A stretch of DNA of 10,917 nucleotides from Octopus sinensis (Eukaryota): assembly GCF_006345805.1 (NCBI RefSeq), contig NW_021827204.1, forward strand, positions 1 to 10,917, given 5' to 3'. Numbering within the stretch: position 1 is the stretch's first letter; each line of letters starts with the position of its first letter. Below, piece by piece: positions 8,256 through 10,917 of the stretch. A program made the position numbers and the translations under genes. The notes beneath the pieces are model-generated. The model did no database searches. It saw nothing but the letters and a program-made list of their open reading frames with translations, and was not told where the DNA came from.

Positions 8256-8593
8256 TTTTTTTTAACAGCCTGCTCGTGAAATTAACGTGTAAGTGGCTGA
8301 GCACTCCACAGACACGTGTACCCTTAACGTAGTTCTCAGGGATATTCAGCGTGACACAGAGAGTGACAAGGCCGGCCCTTTGAAATACAGGTACAACAGA
8401 AACAGGAAGTAAGAGTGAGAGAAAGTTGTGGTGAAAGAGTACAGCAGGGATCACCACCATCCCCTGCCGGAGCCTCGTGGAGCTTTTAGGTGTTTTCTCT
8501 CAATAAACACTCACAACGCCCGGTCTGGGAGTCGAAACCGCGATCCTATGACCGCGAGTCCGCTGCCCTAACCACTGGGCCATTGCGCCTCCG
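8256..8593 (-). mobile_element. tRNA-derived SINE family D, full-length, A-tailed, with 12-bp TSD
   Basis: A box TGGCCCAGTGG (8572-8582), B box GGTTTCGACTCC (8528-8539), T-run at the left end, ACTTGATAGACT at 8244-8255 and 8594-8605. Confidence 0.92.
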
Positions 8594-8694
8594 ACTTGAT
8601 AGACTAAAAGACTATTGAAAGCTTCTTGATATCTATAAATTATACAAAGAATAGGATAAAGCCCGAGTCATCCAAAATGATCCTTTCCACGATA

Positions 8695-8769
8695 GACACA
8701 AGACCAGCAATTGTAAGGGTAGAGGTAAGTTGATGACATCGACCCCAGTACTTGGCTGGTACTTTATTC
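8695..8769 (-). mobile_element. SINE family B, 3' fragment
   Basis: GACCAGCAATT..ATCGACCCCAGTACTTGGCTGGTACTTTATT. Confidence 0.75.
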
Positions 8770-8774
8770 TTTTT

Positions 8775-8981
8775 CTGCTCTAGGCATAAGGCCCGAAATT
8801 TTTGGGGAAGGAGCCAGTCGATTAGATCGATCCCAGTACGCAACTAGTATTTAATTTATCGACCCCCGAAAGGTTGAAAAGCAAAGACGACCTCAACGGA
8901 ATTTGAAATCAGAACGTAAAGACAGACGTAATACTGTTAAGCATTTCGTCCGACGTGCTAACGTTTCTGCCAGCTCGCCGC
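8775..8981 (-). mobile_element. SINE family B, full-length, variant 3' end
   Basis: GTGCTAACGTTTCTGCCAGCTCGCCGC head; GGAATTTGAAATCAGAACGT. Confidence 0.9.
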
Positions 8982-9000
8982 TTGGGTATTTTTTTTTTCT

Positions 9001-9118
9001 AGACCCTGAAAAGATGAAAGGCAAATTCAACCTCAGCGGGATTTGAAACCGGAATCTAAAGAGCAGGAAGAAATACCGGTTTGCATTTTATCCGATACTC
9101 TAACGATTCTGCCAGTTC
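9001..9118 (-). mobile_element. SINE family B, 5' half
   Basis: GATGAAAGGCAAATTCAACCTC..GATTTGAAACC..CTAACGATTCTGCCAG. Confidence 0.8.
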
Positions 9119-9173
9119 AACAACTTTTCTACATAAGTCCTACCAGGAATTAGACCGAACCTGGGGCAAACCA

Positions 9174-9226
9174 AAATAATAATGATAATAATAATAATGA
9201 TAATAATAATAATAATAATAATAATG

Positions 9227-9282
<56 letters not shown>

Positions 9283-9290
9283 CATAATAA
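9174..9290. repeat. (AAT)n tail of the next SINE
   Basis: Direct reading. Confidence 0.96.
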
Positions 9291-9505
9291 TGGCTTCAAA
9301 TTTTGGCACAAGGCCAGCAGTTTCGGGGAGGGGGAAGGGGCTAAGACGATAAAATCGACCACGGTGCTCAACTCGTACCTATGGTATCGACCTGGAAGGA
9401 TGAAAGGCAAGGTCGACCTCCACAGAATTTGAACTCAGAACGTAGGACGGACGAAATGCCGCTACGCATTCTGCCCGGTGTTTTAACAATTCCGCCAGCT
9501 CGCCG
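9291..9505 (-). mobile_element. SINE family B, full-length
   Basis: TTCAAATTTTGGCACAAGGCCAGC..GATGAAAGGCAAGGTCGACCTC..GAATTTGAACTCAGAACGT..GCCAGCTCGCCG. Confidence 0.92.
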
Positions 9506-9510
9506 TTTCA

Positions 9511-9541
9511 AATGATGATAATATTATTATTATTTTTATTA

Positions 9542-9605
<64 letters not shown>

Positions 9606-9660
9606 AATAATAATAATAATGATAATAATAATAATAATACTAATAATATTAATAATAATG

Positions 9661-9692
<32 letters not shown>

Positions 9693-9711
9693 GATAGAAA
9701 TGATAATAATG

Positions 9712-9747
<36 letters not shown>

Positions 9748-9805
9748 GTAATAATAATAATAATAATAATAATGATAATAATAATAATAATAATGATAAT
9801 AATAA
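9511..9805. repeat. (ATT)n (9523-9602) fused to (AAT)n (9603-9805)
   Basis: Direct reading; unit polarity flips at 9602/9603. Confidence 0.95.
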
Positions 9806-9811
9806 CTGTTG

Positions 9812-9985
9812 CTGATTTAGGCACAAAGTCAGCAGTTTAGGTGTGAGGTGGGGTGGATTGTGATTATCACCGACCTCAGTATATGACAGGTACTTTAAGG
9901 CAAGGTTGACGCCCACGAGATTCGAACTTAGATGACAAACAGCCGGAAGAAATACTGGAAGGTATTTTATCCGATGCTCCAGCGA
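9812..9985 (-). mobile_element. SINE family B, diverged
   Basis: GGCACAAAGTCAGCAG..AAGGCAAGGTTGAC..ATTCGAACTTAG..ATTTTATCCGATGCT. Confidence 0.7.
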
Positions 9986-10035
9986 TTTGGAGGGTCAATC
10001 GATCGGCCTTGGTAATTTTTTCTGGCTTCGATACC

Positions 10036-10172
10036 GGGTATAAGACCAGAAATTTATGTGGTGGTGGTGGTGGTGGTGGTGGTGGTAGTAGAGGAGTCTC
10101 GATTCGATATCGACCCCCCAGTACATGACTGGTATTTTACTTTTATCGACGCTGGAAGGATAAAAGGCAACG
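10036..10172 (-). mobile_element. SINE family B, 3' half with an internal (GTG)n expansion
   Basis: GACCAGAAATTT (GTG)n ..ATCGACCCCCCAGTACATGACTGGTATTTTACTTTTATCGAC..GGATAAAAGGCAA. Confidence 0.75.
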
Positions 10173-10662
10173 CGCACTCTAGCAGGATTTCAGCTGTGAC
10201 GCAGAGTGCAACTGGAATGAATGACCCTGGAGGCCTTTAACCAGGAACTCTAAAGTGTTTCGGCCGTTTTGCAGTTCTCCTCAGAGAACGGCTGGAATAT
10301 TTGGAAATAGAACAGTGATAGATTGATAGAAGGCAAACAACCTTGTAAAAATTAATTAAAAGTGCATTGGATTAAAGAATACGGTGTAACAGTGTTTCCC
10401 GAAGGCATCAGTCTCCAGAAAGCATTGAATCTCAGAAAGGAGACGAAATCATAAAATGATTTGTGAAAATTTTTGTTATTGTTGCTGATGACGATGATGA
10501 CGATGGTGATGATGATTATATGAAATAAATATTTTATAAAAATGTTTCCTCTTGTTATTTAATTATATTTTTGTCCATTTTCTTGTGTAACATTTAATGA
10601 GTAAAAGTTTAATTTAAAAAAAAACAAAGAAGATTTTTCTTTCTTTTTTTTTCTTTTTGCAG

Positions 10663-10753
10663 CCCAATGGAAAACGCAGACGATAAGAGATTGTCTGGAA
10701 AAATTCTTATCAAATTCTCGTCTTCTATTTCCCAGCAGAGGTTTAAAAGTTGA
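10663..10753 (+). CDS. Candidate terminal exon; coding frame unresolved (PMENADDKRLSGKILIKFSSSISQQRFKS* if phase 2, or PNGKRRR* if phase 0)
   Basis: Very strong acceptor TTTTTCTTTCTTTTTTTTTCTTTTTGCAG| ending at 10662; all frames stop within ~100 nt; no strong donor follows. Confidence 0.4.
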
Positions 10754-10875
10754 GGGATAAAAAAAAAGAAAAGAATCTTCACAGATTCAATGGAATAACC
10801 ATATTCTCGAAAGATATTTGCTTCTGTTTTCGTTATTTTTTGTCTTTTTTATCGTAAAAAATCGTAGAAAAAAAG

Positions 10876-10881
10876 AATAAA
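10876..10881 (+). promoter_or_regulatory. Candidate polyadenylation signal AATAAA
   Basis: Followed by TGTTTGTCTTATTTGCTTTTTTTTTT, a U/GU-rich downstream-like element. It sits in an A-rich run, so a chance occurrence is possible. Confidence 0.3.
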
Positions 10882-10917
10882 AAAATGTTTGTCTTATTTG
10901 CTTTTTTTTTTCTTATG

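Noticed and set aside
3849-8593. A-box/B-box sequences as tRNA genes
   Set aside because: No complete cloverleaf; they continue into multi-copy SINE bodies.
32-9916. Supplied ORFs with poly-Tyr, Ile, His, Met, Asn, Leu or Asp tracts (e.g. 7565-8098, 1742-2026, 9483-9824)
   Set aside because: They are stop-free frames of trinucleotide microsatellites running into SINE or Dong UTR sequence, with no domain content or splice support.
1231-10172. Recurrent SINE motifs as a CRISPR-like array
   Set aside because: Copies are 70-220 bp, diverged, irregularly spaced and on both strands, in a eukaryotic context.

Overview
AT-rich eukaryotic DNA dominated by repeats. It is most likely intronic sequence from an octopod cephalopod, inferred from recognising the SINE families and the extreme trinucleotide microsatellite load, not from a database hit. 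Nearly all supplied ORFs are microsatellite translation artefacts. Supported content: about 16 copies or fragments of one tRNA-derived SINE family with (ATT)n tails, two SINEs of related other families (one full-length with a 12-bp TSD), six remnants of R4/Dong-type RLE non-LTR retrotransposons associated with (TAA)n arrays, an orphan hAT-like end, several foldback structures, and two candidate + strand exons (5561/5589-5639 and a possible terminal exon from 10663). The most striking pattern is mirror symmetry around the unique central segment (~5000-6200). Left of it, main-family SINEs are +, Dong remnants are -, and microsatellites read ATT/CAT/CAC. Right of it, all three are reversed.
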